A DNA stretch of 64,000 bases, from the NCBI GenBank assembly GCA_965178125.1, contig CBCXTV010000001.1, positions 1-64,000 of the forward strand, given 5' to 3'. Source of the DNA: Bilabrum cf. latius (Eukaryota). The notes beneath the pieces were generated by a model. The model was not told the origin of the DNA. It saw only the letters and a program-made list of their open reading frames with translations, and did not search any database. This document shows, piece by piece, positions 19,641-29,109 of the stretch. How positions within the stretch are numbered: the first letter of the stretch is position 1; the number at the start of each line of letters is the position of its first letter. Position numbers and translations under genes: made by a program.

Positions 19641-22373
19641 TTGGGGCATCGGATCAGGACGAAGCTCGCGAAGAGAGGGCGCGGGTGTCCCCATCCAAAA
19701 ATCCGCCGCCTTCAAGGCTCATGTTCCCGGATCCTGCATTCGCGAGTTTCGGGAGCAGAAGTGCAAGATCGCCGCTGGACACACAGCGCATGCCATTTCC
19801 CGTCTCTGGAGATGTCGGGCTTCCAGGCGCAATTCGGACACCATCGCCAGGACCTCGGGAAGATGACATGTCTGCTGATCTGCAGGGAAGAGTCCCGCTT
19901 CGAGGAGTGGCGACAAAAAAAAGGGGCGCGAGAACTCCACGAGCACATGGGAGCGGTCCTTCGGCTCCCCAATCCAGTGTTTCCGCAGACCGACAGGGAC
20001 CCAGATGGACGCGACATCGTCAAAGACCAGGCCCTCTTGGATATCTTCTCCGGCAAGATAACGGACTGGAGCAAATACAATCCGGCCACTGTTGGGGCGA
20101 TCCAATCCCATCGAAACGCATGGCTGTGGGCTGAGAACCACACGCCGACGGAATGGCTCATGGTTGTCGAAGATGATATCGAACCTCGCGAAGCATGCGT
20201 GGATCGGCTACTCGTAGTTCTTCACGCCATCGCGAAAAACCCCAAGGTGACGCAGATGGCCATGTTAGCGGGGTCAGAAGCACCGAGAATGGTCACCCTC
20301 CAGCGCGAAAACTCCACCTCCATCCACAATTGCGAGCGCCTCTTGGACGTGCGGACCTATCCGGCGCACTGGGTAGACAACACATTTGTGGTCCCCTACC
20401 ACGTCGGCATGGGCCTAAAGTGGTATCTCATCAGCCCGGAGGGGAGGAAGGCGCTCCTGAAGATGCGGATCCCGAACCGAAGCTTCGAACGCTGCGTCTG
20501 GCGCCGCCTCTTCGACACGTTCCAAGGGCCGGTATGGAAGTGGGGAGATTGCCTCCGCATGACATCTGTGCTGGCAGCCAGCCCGGTCCTCGCATCGACT
20601 CCCGAGAGCATGGACACGGAGTGGGGGGGCTCGGGACGACGAAGTGCGGATGCAGGGCACAGTATGAAACCGTACATAATGGTCGACCCGAGTGACGACT
20701 GGACTCTTGGCGAGCGATTAAACACATTGTCCGTCGTGATGTCCGTGTGCGCGGCCCTGAGTTGGGGGGTTGTCCTCGTCTGGGAAAAAACAGAGCGCGT
20801 GCCCATCTCCTACGAAGACTTGTGCGGTGTTCACGAGCACGCCGGCGAAACCAACACGTTCGTCCACCTCCTCCAGGACAAACGCGGCGGGTCGTATTCG
20901 TACTTCCTGAGGTACGGAGACATCCGCATCCACGTGGTGCAGCCGATGATGTGCATCCCCACCCTCGACAGAATGCTCGACATGGTAGCCCTGAAGAGGC
21001 CCAAGATGAACACCCTGCCTCCCTTGAAATGGCAGACCGCTCGATGGATCCAAGTCAAGCAGAAGTGGATCGATAAACTCCACACGGAGATGCCGGGGGC
21101 CGAGCTGCCCTCATGGCTGGAGTGGCCACCCTCAACCCACGCGCTTGTCCTCTGCGACGACAGGGACTTGGCGGCGCACTGCCTCGAGGGGAGATGCCAA
21201 AAGGAGCAGCAGGAGTGGATGAACGACGGGAAGGACAACAGCATCCAGCACTACATCCTTGAGGCAAAGCAAGCGCTGCAGAACGAGTTGGAAGACATCC
21301 TAAAGGGGGACAGCAGCTCACGCCTCGTCGTGATCCGCATGACAACCAAACTGCTGGGACAGGTCTGGGTGGACATGATGAAGCACCTCACGAAGCAGTT
21401 CGGGAAGCGCATCATAACGCCAACGTTCCTCCTCCCGAAAATGATCCCCAAAAGGAGGCACGACGAAAAGAACCCGAGTGATGATTGGATTACTTGGGGA
21501 GCATCCTTGGCGAAAACCGTGGGCCTCCTCACGCTCATACCTCCGATGCAAGTGCACTATCCCATCATGAGCTGGACCGTGGCCTGGAACCACTTCATGT
21601 TTAAGGGCAGGACTGCCACGGACACCGTGATCCCAGACGTCATCCGAACTCTGTACGCTCCGCACAAGAGCAACAGGAAGCAGCTCCTCAAGAACGGCCC
21701 GCTGTGCCAGACGAGGCGCGCCGTGCTGGACTCGCCCGCACTGCGGGACATTGCGAACAACTACTCAAGGGCCAAGGACAAGACCTATAACCTCTTGAGT
21801 TATTCCAAATGGTTTGCCGAAGAAGCCATGTGGCACATGATCAAGTACGCGGAAAGCACGCAGTGCATCGTCGACCCGTTCGTGAGCCGCCAGTGCCAAA
21901 AGGTCTTCGAGCACATCCCCTCGGACGACATCGGCCATGCGGACGCCCGGCTCCGGTACAACCTTCAGGATGCCGACGACCGAGGTTACCGCTTCAACGC
22001 GGGGCATCTCTACACCGCGGTGCAGGGCATCAAAACGGTGAACATCGCATACAACAAGTGGCTCACCGAGCAGGCACAGAGTCATTCCGAATGGAGCTGG
22101 GGCAAAACGTTCATCAAGCTTGTGATCAACCAGTGGCGGCAGCAGCAGGGCAGTGAGCCGTATGACGTGGACGAGGAGGAGTACGTGAGCCTTCCGCGGA
22201 CCTTCCACGGGAATTCGTTGAAGCTCGCGAGGAGCGTAAGCCTCCAGGACACGAGATCCTGCTCCAGATCGTCCTCATCCTATTCCAGGTCGCCCTCCAC
22301 CAACAGGACTGAGGCACAGCCTTCGAAGAGAGCGCGCCTGACCCCGGCACCCGGCGTAAAGCACGAGCCCTGA
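19641..22373 (+). CDS. Large glycosyltransferase-like protein: GT25-like N-terminal domain plus a fucosyltransferase-like domain; likely start ATG 19812 or 19863
   Basis: GAIQSHRNAW, LMVVEDD and YLISPEGRKALL match GT25 motifs (GCxxSHxxxW, xEDD, YxIsxxGAxxLL). LGERLNTLSVVMSVCAALSWGVVLVW resembles the GLGNR start of GT-B fucosyltransferases. Confidence 0.72.
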   Translation: MGHRIRTKLAKRGRGCPHPKIRRLQGSCSRILHSRVSGAEVQDRRWTHSACHFPSLEMSGFQAQFGHHRQDLGKMTCLLICREESRFEEWRQKKGARELHEHMGAVLRLPNPVFPQTDRDPDGRDIVKDQALLDIFSGKITDWSKYNPATVGAIQSHRNAWLWAENHTPTEWLMVVEDDIEPREACVDRLLVVLHAIAKNPKVTQMAMLAGSEAPRMVTLQRENSTSIHNCERLLDVRTYPAHWVDNTFVVPYHVGMGLKWYLISPEGRKALLKMRIPNRSFERCVWRRLFDTFQGPVWKWGDCLRMTSVLAASPVLASTPESMDTEWGGSGRRSADAGHSMKPYIMVDPSDDWTLGERLNTLSVVMSVCAALSWGVVLVWEKTERVPISYEDLCGVHEHAGETNTFVHLLQDKRGGSYSYFLRYGDIRIHVVQPMMCIPTLDRMLDMVALKRPKMNTLPPLKWQTARWIQVKQKWIDKLHTEMPGAELPSWLEWPPSTHALVLCDDRDLAAHCLEGRCQKEQQEWMNDGKDNSIQHYILEAKQALQNELEDILKGDSSSRLVVIRMTTKLLGQVWVDMMKHLTKQFGKRIITPTFLLPKMIPKRRHDEKNPSDDWITWGASLAKTVGLLTLIPPMQVHYPIMSWTVAWNHFMFKGRTATDTVIPDVIRTLYAPHKSNRKQLLKNGPLCQTRRAVLDSPALRDIANNYSRAKDKTYNLLSYSKWFAEEAMWHMIKYAESTQCIVDPFVSRQCQKVFEHIPSDDIGHADARLRYNLQDADDRGYRFNAGHLYTAVQGIKTVNIAYNKWLTEQAQSHSEWSWGKTFIKLVINQWRQQQGSEPYDVDEEEYVSLPRTFHGNSLKLARSVSLQDTRSCSRSSSSYSRSPSTNRTEAQPSKRARLTPAPGVKHEP

Positions 22374-23247
22374 CGACGAAATGCCGCAGAACAGCGCGTT
22401 GCGGGGAGACAAAGCTCCGCGGGCAACAGCAGAAGGCCGCCGAGCGCCGGAGTTGGAGGGTCACATAGTTCCATCGGTCCCATTCTCTCCGGAAGTCGCA
22501 TAGCACGTAGAGATCCGCATGCTCTCGGTGCATGAACGCTGGCAGCACGCAGTGCCAAAGTCGCAAAGCGCTTCAGAGTCACAAGTCCAGAAGTTCTTCT
22601 GCCAATGTGTGTCCTCTTCCCGCTCATGTGTGCATCCTCGGAGGAAGTCTGGAGATGACAGGACCCAGCACGCACCACATCAGAAGTCCTTTTTTAAAGC
22701 GGCATCGTCAGACAAAAATCTGGAACGCCCTTCCGCAAAAAAGAGTGCTGCCCACAGAAAAAAGGGAAACACCTGAGGCCCCAGAAGCCAAAGGGAGGAC
22801 CGCGAAGGACGCAGTTTCGAGGTCACACTTTCCGGGACCAGTTTTGAGCCCAAAAAGGGGTACACAAGAGGAAAACACGATGCGGGAGGCTTGAAATTGT
22901 CACCGAAAACGGGCCCAAAATTGGGACCCCTTTTTCGCAAATTTCGCAGCATCCAGACGACCCAGAAAGGCTTTCCCAGGCGCCGCCTCGAAGCTCACCT
23001 TCTCGCATGCAACCATGACGCAGCCCCACCTCCTCATGCAGACGCGTCTGAGAGACCCCGCAGTGGAACTTCTCCCATTCTGCGCAGGAAGCACTTCAGT
23101 CTACAAGGACCCGCGCACTTCTTACCGCACCACCTCCATGTGAAAGCACTTCTCGCGGAGTTTTTTTCGGGCCCAGGAATACAGCAACTGCCAGAAGCTT
23201 CGCACAGAAAAGCAGCCCACTCAGGAAGCAAACTCACTGCACACCCC

Positions 23248-23718
23248 ATGGCGAGCGACGCAGAACCGGAGGACGCAATGCGGCTCGACTCCCCTAGAGA
23301 TGCGGATGCAGCGGCGCCACCCGAAGCGACGGAGGCAGGATCACAGAAACCAGATCATGCGCAGCAGTTCTTCGAGGAGCCCTGCCCGAAAGACGGACAC
23401 ATGGAAGCGCCAGAGAAGACCGCCAAGACGGACGAACCTGGCGACACACCCTTGTTCGTCGACAAGTGGACGGCAGCGATCACACGCCTTACCGAGGAGC
23501 GCAAGGCTCTCAAGCTCGAGCAGCGGGCTAAAACGAAGGCCATCCGCAAAACCATCCGGCAGAAAAGGCGCACCATGAAGAACGCCAAAAAACTCACAGA
23601 CGACGAGCTCGCCCAAATCGTGCTAGACAGGAAGATCTTGCAGTTGGTGCAAAAAGAAGAGATCGCAGCACGCAGCTCCGCCAACTCCTCAACGAGCCAG
23701 GCGAAGTCGACCTTGTGA
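23248..23718 (+). CDS. Small protein with an acidic N-terminus and a Lys/Arg-rich coiled-coil C-terminus (frame open from 22891)
   Basis: MASDAEPEDA...RLTEERKALKLEQRAKTKAIRKTIRQKRRTMKNAKKLTDDEL; a diverged homolog of its 3' end lies at ~9376. Confidence 0.55.
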   Translation: MASDAEPEDAMRLDSPRDADAAAPPEATEAGSQKPDHAQQFFEEPCPKDGHMEAPEKTAKTDEPGDTPLFVDKWTAAITRLTEERKALKLEQRAKTKAIRKTIRQKRRTMKNAKKLTDDELAQIVLDRKILQLVQKEEIAARSSANSSTSQAKSTL

Positions 23719-24077
23719 GAAGCGCTTCCCGTGTTCAGAGAACCGAGGATTACAGATAGACCCCGCGTCACAGAAGCCATCGCAAGAGGGCAGAGCGTCA
23801 AGTACAGCGCAGTCTTGACGGACACAGATAGCCCGAGCAGCACAAAGCAGCGGATGCGGCTGCCCAGCGGAGTCGCGCACTCGGACAGCATACACGGGAC
23901 GTGCTGGCAGAAATCACTCAGTCCGCGAGCACCGTCGTCAAGAGCACGGGAGGGGCAGACTCGACATGCACAACTTTGAAAAACGGGAGGGCACGAAAGG
24001 AAGACAAATTTGGCATTAATCCTTGATTACCCCCGCCCCCCCGTAGAATCAGAGCGAGGAGATATGCTCGGAAGGTC

Positions 24078-24384
24078 CGGGGGGCAGTCGCAGAAAAGTG
24101 CACGCGAAAATAAGAGGAAAGGAGACCCCCCAAACCCACGTAGTGCGATCCTGGGTGGTACCCTCTAAGGTACTAAGAATCCTTCCCCCGAAAATCGCAC
24201 TACATCGGTCCCTGGCGTCGGGGAAAGCGGAAAAAAGGGGAGCACTACCGTGAAAAAATCCTGCATTTTACAGGAAAATCGGAGCACTACGTGTCAAAAA
24301 CTGGGGGTTTTTGAGGTTTTTTTTCCAGAAAAACGGCATTTTTTTATGTAAAAACCGCGCGAAACGAGCACTACCGAGCACTAC
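24078..24384. promoter_or_regulatory. Candidate rolling-circle origin: inverted repeat plus GCACTAC iterons upstream of rep
   Basis: gtagtgcgat (24140-24149) / atcgcactac (24194-24203); gcactac at 24197, 24242, 24284, 24368 and 24378; A/T tracts between them. Confidence 0.6.
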
Positions 24385-24892
24385 ATCGCCTCCTCCAGTC
24401 GTGTTTCGCATTTTTTTCGCTGGCCGAAAATGTCTCCGAAGGCGCTGCCTCGAGGGGGGGTTCCGATGGCTGATTTTGGGCGTTCTGTTGTCGATTTCGC
24501 GTGCATTTCAGGTTGTCGGCGAGGCCTTTTTGGCGTATGTCGCAGTTCGGATGCCCTCGAACGTCGTGTCTCATGTGGTATTCGCCGGTTTCTATGTTGG
24601 AGAAGGCGGTCGGTCGATCATCCTCTCTGGCAGGCTCCGAAGTGCGTTTGTGATCGTGCTAATTGCAACGCCATGCTTTCCTTCGTTGGCTTCGAGAATC
24701 CTTCCCTCGGAAGCGGTAGTACCTCGCCCAGGGCGGCACGAGCTGCAGACTCAGCTGCCTCGGTGCTCATGTGTGTCCCGTGTCAGCAGTTTCGGTGTTA
24801 CGAACAGCAAGGATTCTGGGCATTGCGTGTCGGAGGCAAGTGTTCTATCTTGAGGCATTCCGCGATTCGTCGAAGGATTATTTGCGCAAATA

Positions 24893-27178
24893 ATGTCGGC
24901 TCCGTTCAAGGGCGAAACGATGAGTTTGTCTGTTGCCGAGTCGCTGAAGTCCCGAGTCGCATCCTGCTCCTGGGATCCCGCGTGGGTTTCCGCGAGCTGC
25001 GTGCCGTGCGATGGCCTCCCCACAAGCCAGGAGTCAGAAGCGTCCACGACGGCGACCTCTGCTTTGTTAGGGGTGTCCGAGGCGTCCCCAACGTGCTCGT
25101 GTGGCCTCGGTGTCTCCAATTCGGTGGCTGCAGCGCGCGCGGCCGCTGTCCCGAGTTTTGGCTTTGACGATGCGGAGAACGACTTCGACGCCAGTCTCGA
25201 CATGATTGAGGCCTCATGCGAGGTCGCATGCGAGGCAGAATGCGAGGGCGATCCGGGAGCCTGCTTGTTGTCCCACGGCAAGTCGAGCGGTCAGTGGCAG
25301 ATCGGCGTAGTGGGTGAACGAGTCCTTTATGAGGGCCTCAGCGTTGAGGGCGACATTCCTGGCCGCGTTGCTGCCTCCGAAGCGCTCGCCGCGGGTGTCA
25401 TCAATTTGGAACCCCCGTCAGAGGAAGTACTTTTGCCGGTGCAGCTTCTGCGGAGTAGTCAAGGTTACCGTGGGGTTCTGCCCATCGAGGATTCTGCGCC
25501 CGATGCGAGGGGGCGACCGCAGATGCTCATGCTCCCCGATTTCGTGCCCCGCGTGAAGAGGCGGCGTCTTCGGCAGAAGTGCGACCCTGCTGAGGGCGAT
25601 GCAGCACCGAGTCTTGCGGCTCATCTCGGACCTCCGCCCGCGGCTCGTGCCGCGGCCGGAGCGTCTGGGCCGCAGCGCTCGACTGGAAGGCCTTCGACTC
25701 GTCCTATTGATAGTGTCATCTATCGTCTCCTGCGGGTTTTCCCTGACGATTTCAAGTTGGCGTTTCCGGCGTCGGTGTCACACCAGCGGAAGCGGTGCCT
25801 CATCAGGGAGGCGCTTCGCAATGTACCCGGTGACCGCATGTGCATCTTGAAAGACTGGGCTGCGGGGGCGGAGGACACTCCTTGCCAGCTTCGTTTCGAG
25901 GAGCTCTTCCCGGAGCTTGCGCGGCAGCGGGACGAAGTTGTGAGGAATCCGGGATCGCACTCAGTGCCCGTGGGCGAGATTGTGCCTGCGTCCGACAAGA
26001 ACACGAGGCGGGGAAGGGCCGTGATGCTTACCTTTCACGGTCGCTGGGGTGTCGAAAAGGAGCCTGTGCGCGACATCATGTCGGCATCCGTGGCAAGGGG
26101 CGTCCTGAGGCGATTGGTTCTCGCGTCTCCGTTCTATGTGGAGCTTTGGGCCACCTTCAAGGCATGGGCGCAGGACATCGCGCGGCGGATGATGTGGCCT
26201 CAGCTGTCCATGAAAATGGAGCTCTCCCTGCACCGCAAGCACGCCGCAAACTTGGTGCACTTCCACGTATGCATGACGGATTCCGAGAAGTCGCATCGTT
26301 GTCGCGTGGCGGAGGATTTCATGTGGGCCGGCAGCAGGCCGAATGTCGTCTACGGCTCCGGGCGGTCAGCGAAGGCGCAGGAACGTGGCGCGTCGGAGTT
26401 ACACTATTATTGTCAAGCTCCCAAAGTCGGTGCGCTGCTTTGCGCCACGAACTACCGAGCCGGACGCGATTTCGTCGTCAATGGTAAGTTCGTGCACGCG
26501 TTGTTCGCACGCTTCAAAATGGATCCGGACGTCGCGAGAAGGGAACTCGTGGCGTATCGGTGTCGGGACGCCGAGAACTTAGTGCGCGCCATCGACTTCC
26601 ACATACAGAATACCGCGGAGAGGAGAGAGGTGTGCGCGCAGGCCGCGGTGCACGTAGTGACGAAGCTCCGCCCCTTTAAGGTGGTGCCCGAAGTCGAGAA
26701 GTGGCGCGAGAGCTATCGTCAGGAGTGGTTCGCGCACATGCGCTTCAAGTTCCTTGTCTTGGTGGGGGACTCCCGGTTCGGGAAGACAGTGTACGCGCGG
26801 AATCTCTTCGGGAGCGAAAGGACTCTTGTTGTGAACTGTCAGGGCAGTGTGGAACCTCCGCTCCGTGGCTTCGATCGAAGTCGGCATGTGGCCATTGTGT
26901 TCGACGAGGCAAATGCCCTGTGGGTCGTCAACAACAAACAGGTCTTTCAGGCTGGCCTTGACCCCTCCCTGCTCGGCCAGAGCAAGACGAACAGCCTCGC
27001 ATACTCTGTGTGGCTCCACGGTATCGCCCTGATCATCTGCACGAATTCGTGGGGCTCTGACGTGACGGAGTCGGCGGACCGCGATTGGCTTGACAACAAC
27101 TGCACGAAAGTGGAGGTGAAAGATCGGCTCTACTTCGACGAGGACTTGTTGTCTCTCACGGATGTGCAGAAGAGCTGA
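24893..27178 (+). CDS. rep: CRESS/geminivirus-like replication initiator (HUH endonuclease + SF3 helicase) with a long N-terminal extension
   Basis: Motif I VMLTF (~26021), motif II VHFHVC (~26255), motif III-like YYCQAPK (~26405), Walker A GDSRFGKT (~26765), Walker B IVFDE, motif C IICTN. Confidence 0.92.
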   Translation: MSAPFKGETMSLSVAESLKSRVASCSWDPAWVSASCVPCDGLPTSQESEASTTATSALLGVSEASPTCSCGLGVSNSVAAARAAAVPSFGFDDAENDFDASLDMIEASCEVACEAECEGDPGACLLSHGKSSGQWQIGVVGERVLYEGLSVEGDIPGRVAASEALAAGVINLEPPSEEVLLPVQLLRSSQGYRGVLPIEDSAPDARGRPQMLMLPDFVPRVKRRRLRQKCDPAEGDAAPSLAAHLGPPPAARAAAGASGPQRSTGRPSTRPIDSVIYRLLRVFPDDFKLAFPASVSHQRKRCLIREALRNVPGDRMCILKDWAAGAEDTPCQLRFEELFPELARQRDEVVRNPGSHSVPVGEIVPASDKNTRRGRAVMLTFHGRWGVEKEPVRDIMSASVARGVLRRLVLASPFYVELWATFKAWAQDIARRMMWPQLSMKMELSLHRKHAANLVHFHVCMTDSEKSHRCRVAEDFMWAGSRPNVVYGSGRSAKAQERGASELHYYCQAPKVGALLCATNYRAGRDFVVNGKFVHALFARFKMDPDVARRELVAYRCRDAENLVRAIDFHIQNTAERREVCAQAAVHVVTKLRPFKVVPEVEKWRESYRQEWFAHMRFKFLVLVGDSRFGKTVYARNLFGSERTLVVNCQGSVEPPLRGFDRSRHVAIVFDEANALWVVNNKQVFQAGLDPSLLGQSKTNSLAYSVWLHGIALIICTNSWGSDVTESADRDWLDNNCTKVEVKDRLYFDEDLLSLTDVQKS

Positions 27179-27582
27179 CGCCGGCCGCTGAGGTTTTCAG
27201 TCCGGTTCACACGAGCGCCGGAGCCGCAGCGGCAGCCGCTTCGGTGCTCCTGAAGGTCTAATGTCCTCAATGCGTTTCGTGTGCAAAAAGGATGTGGTTT
27301 CTACATGGGGGCATTCCGCAAGTTTCATGTGGTCCGTCGCGTTCGTCCGGGGGAGTGCTTGCCTAGTATTGGGAGCTTGCCTGACACACACACACGTGGC
27401 ACCCAGCCTGATGGGTTGCAAGTGTGTGTGTGTCTCCGCAGTGCCGCGGTTGGGACCCGGCGGGTCGTTTGCTTTTACGTCGCCGCGTCGCGCGCCGACG
27501 AGACATTTCTTGGTCTCAGAAGCCTCTGCTTCCGGTAGGCGCGCCGTGTACACTCGCGGGCCGAAGGTGGGTGCGTTGCTTG

Positions 27583-28275
27583 ATGGCCTACGTCGGTATC
27601 GCCGATGCACCGTATGTGCCCGTGGTTGCCGCGTCGACCTCCGAGCACGCCCCGGAGGGCGAGGTGGAGATGATGCTTGCGCCTCTTGCCGGAGATGTCG
27701 GTTTCAAGCGGCCTCGCGTGTTTCCTCCCGGTTCGCGACTTCTTCCTAAGTCGCCGGCCCATCCGGCGGTGCTCATAACAGCGCTCGGCAGTGAGGCACC
27801 CCAGGACACACAGTGCGTCGTTTGGTCGGACTCTAAGGCTTTCGACCTCGCGGAGTTTGTATGCTCTTCCTGCGGCTGCAATCGTGTCATGGCGGACCTG
27901 AATCATCGTATGCGTGATCGTCTCGTACGTCGCGTGCAGCGCACGCTTTATGCCGATGATTCTCCGTGCGGCAGGGGTGCGATTTCGTGTCGTGCTTGTC
28001 GCGAGAAGGCGCGCGACGCGGCGCCGAAGACGTCGATTATGAACGCGGCGAACAAGAAGAAGATCTCGGGAACTCTTCGCATGCAGTTGGATCTCATTGT
28101 AGAGACCGGGGAGCGGAAGGGTCAGCGTTGTACTGCGGAGAAAATTCTGACATTGGGAACGATGAAGCAGCACAGGGTTTTCGAGAGGGACCTTTACGAT
28201 GAGGCATGGCGCGGGCTTGTTCGTCTGTCTGGACGCGAGGCTTGGAGCGATGACGACTCGTGGTCTCCGCGTTGA
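27583..28275 (+). CDS. Cys-containing hypothetical protein (frame open from 27424)
   Basis: ATG 27583 MAYVGIADAP...; CSSCGC and CRAC pairs; directly downstream of rep on the same strand. Confidence 0.55.
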   Translation: MAYVGIADAPYVPVVAASTSEHAPEGEVEMMLAPLAGDVGFKRPRVFPPGSRLLPKSPAHPAVLITALGSEAPQDTQCVVWSDSKAFDLAEFVCSSCGCNRVMADLNHRMRDRLVRRVQRTLYADDSPCGRGAISCRACREKARDAAPKTSIMNAANKKKISGTLRMQLDLIVETGERKGQRCTAEKILTLGTMKQHRVFERDLYDEAWRGLVRLSGREAWSDDDSWSPR

Positions 28276-28475
28276 GCTTGCGTGACGGTTTTCCCTCTTA
28301 ACCTGGCCTCTTGCGTGGCGCTGCTTCCGCGTGTGGCCTGAGCGTGCGACCTGAGCGTTCGGCCTGCTGTCGCGTGTGACCTGAGCGAACGGGCGCTCGA
28401 CAGTATCCCGCGTTTGTTGCTTCTGGGGTTCAAGAAACTTGTACTTTTTGGGCTGTACGGTGGTCAGTGGTGCAC

Positions 28476-28608
28476 GGTTCGTTCGCAGCCTCCGCGTTGT
28501 TGGAAAGCTATGGTGGAGCATGGTTCTTTTCGCAGCCTCCGCGTTGTGATCAAGCTACGGTGGAGCATGGTTCGTGAGCATGGTTCTTTTCGCAGCCTCC
28601 GCGTTGTT
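28476..28608. repeat. Three imperfect ~47-57-bp direct repeats near the right end of B
   Basis: ttcgcagcctccgcgttgt occurs three times, with (aagcta.ggtg)gagcatggttc between copies. Confidence 0.85.
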
Positions 28609-29109
28609 GACACGTGAAAGCTACGCGAACGTGACCACACAATAGGCCATACCCCAGGTGAAATCCGGACTCGGACATCCAGACGAAACGGCATCATGCA
28701 CACTGTTGAACACACAAATGACACTGAGCTCCACCGTAACGTAACTTTCCATCACCACCTGGTTTATTTTCTCCGCGATGGCAGCTTGGCGGTGACGCTG
28801 TGTCTTCGGGCATGAAGGGGCAAATCTTTGATTTTTTGGGCCCTGTTTCGGTCACCGAAAAGTCGTGTGATTTCTGGCGCGCAGGAGGAGTGACGCAAGG
28901 TATTTCTGAACCGTTTTCCGGACGCTTTCCGGGCCTCCCATGTGACCGCTTTTTGCGTACCGAAACACGTTCCGCGCGTGAGGAGCAGATGCGGATCTCC
29001 GCGGGGTCCTAGTTGTGTCCTTTTTCGGGGGACGAAATCGGGCGCACTTGTCGTGCCGATTCGTGGTCGTCTCTGAGACCGGCTGCGAGTCGGGAAAGGT
29101 GCCCGGGAG

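Larger units (their letters stand above)
16915..28900 (+). mobile_element. Block B, copy 1: 11,986-bp Rep-encoding module bounded by TA and imperfect ~62-bp inverted repeats
   Basis: Left ggTA|ctctccgtcactccatctgg...ccgggccc; right end reverse-complemented TA|ccttgcgtcactcctcctgc...cagggccc; B-less sites read ggTActTAtttctg. Confidence 0.75.

Noticed and set aside
24893-27178. Helitron or IS91/IS200 assignment for the HUH protein
   Set aside because: The helicase motifs are SF3 (Walker A, Walker B, motif C), not PIF1/SF1; the architecture is CRESS-Rep-like.
27363-27372. tagtattgg as a CRESS nonanucleotide (TAGTATTAC)
   Set aside because: Lacks the terminal AC and has no flanking stem.
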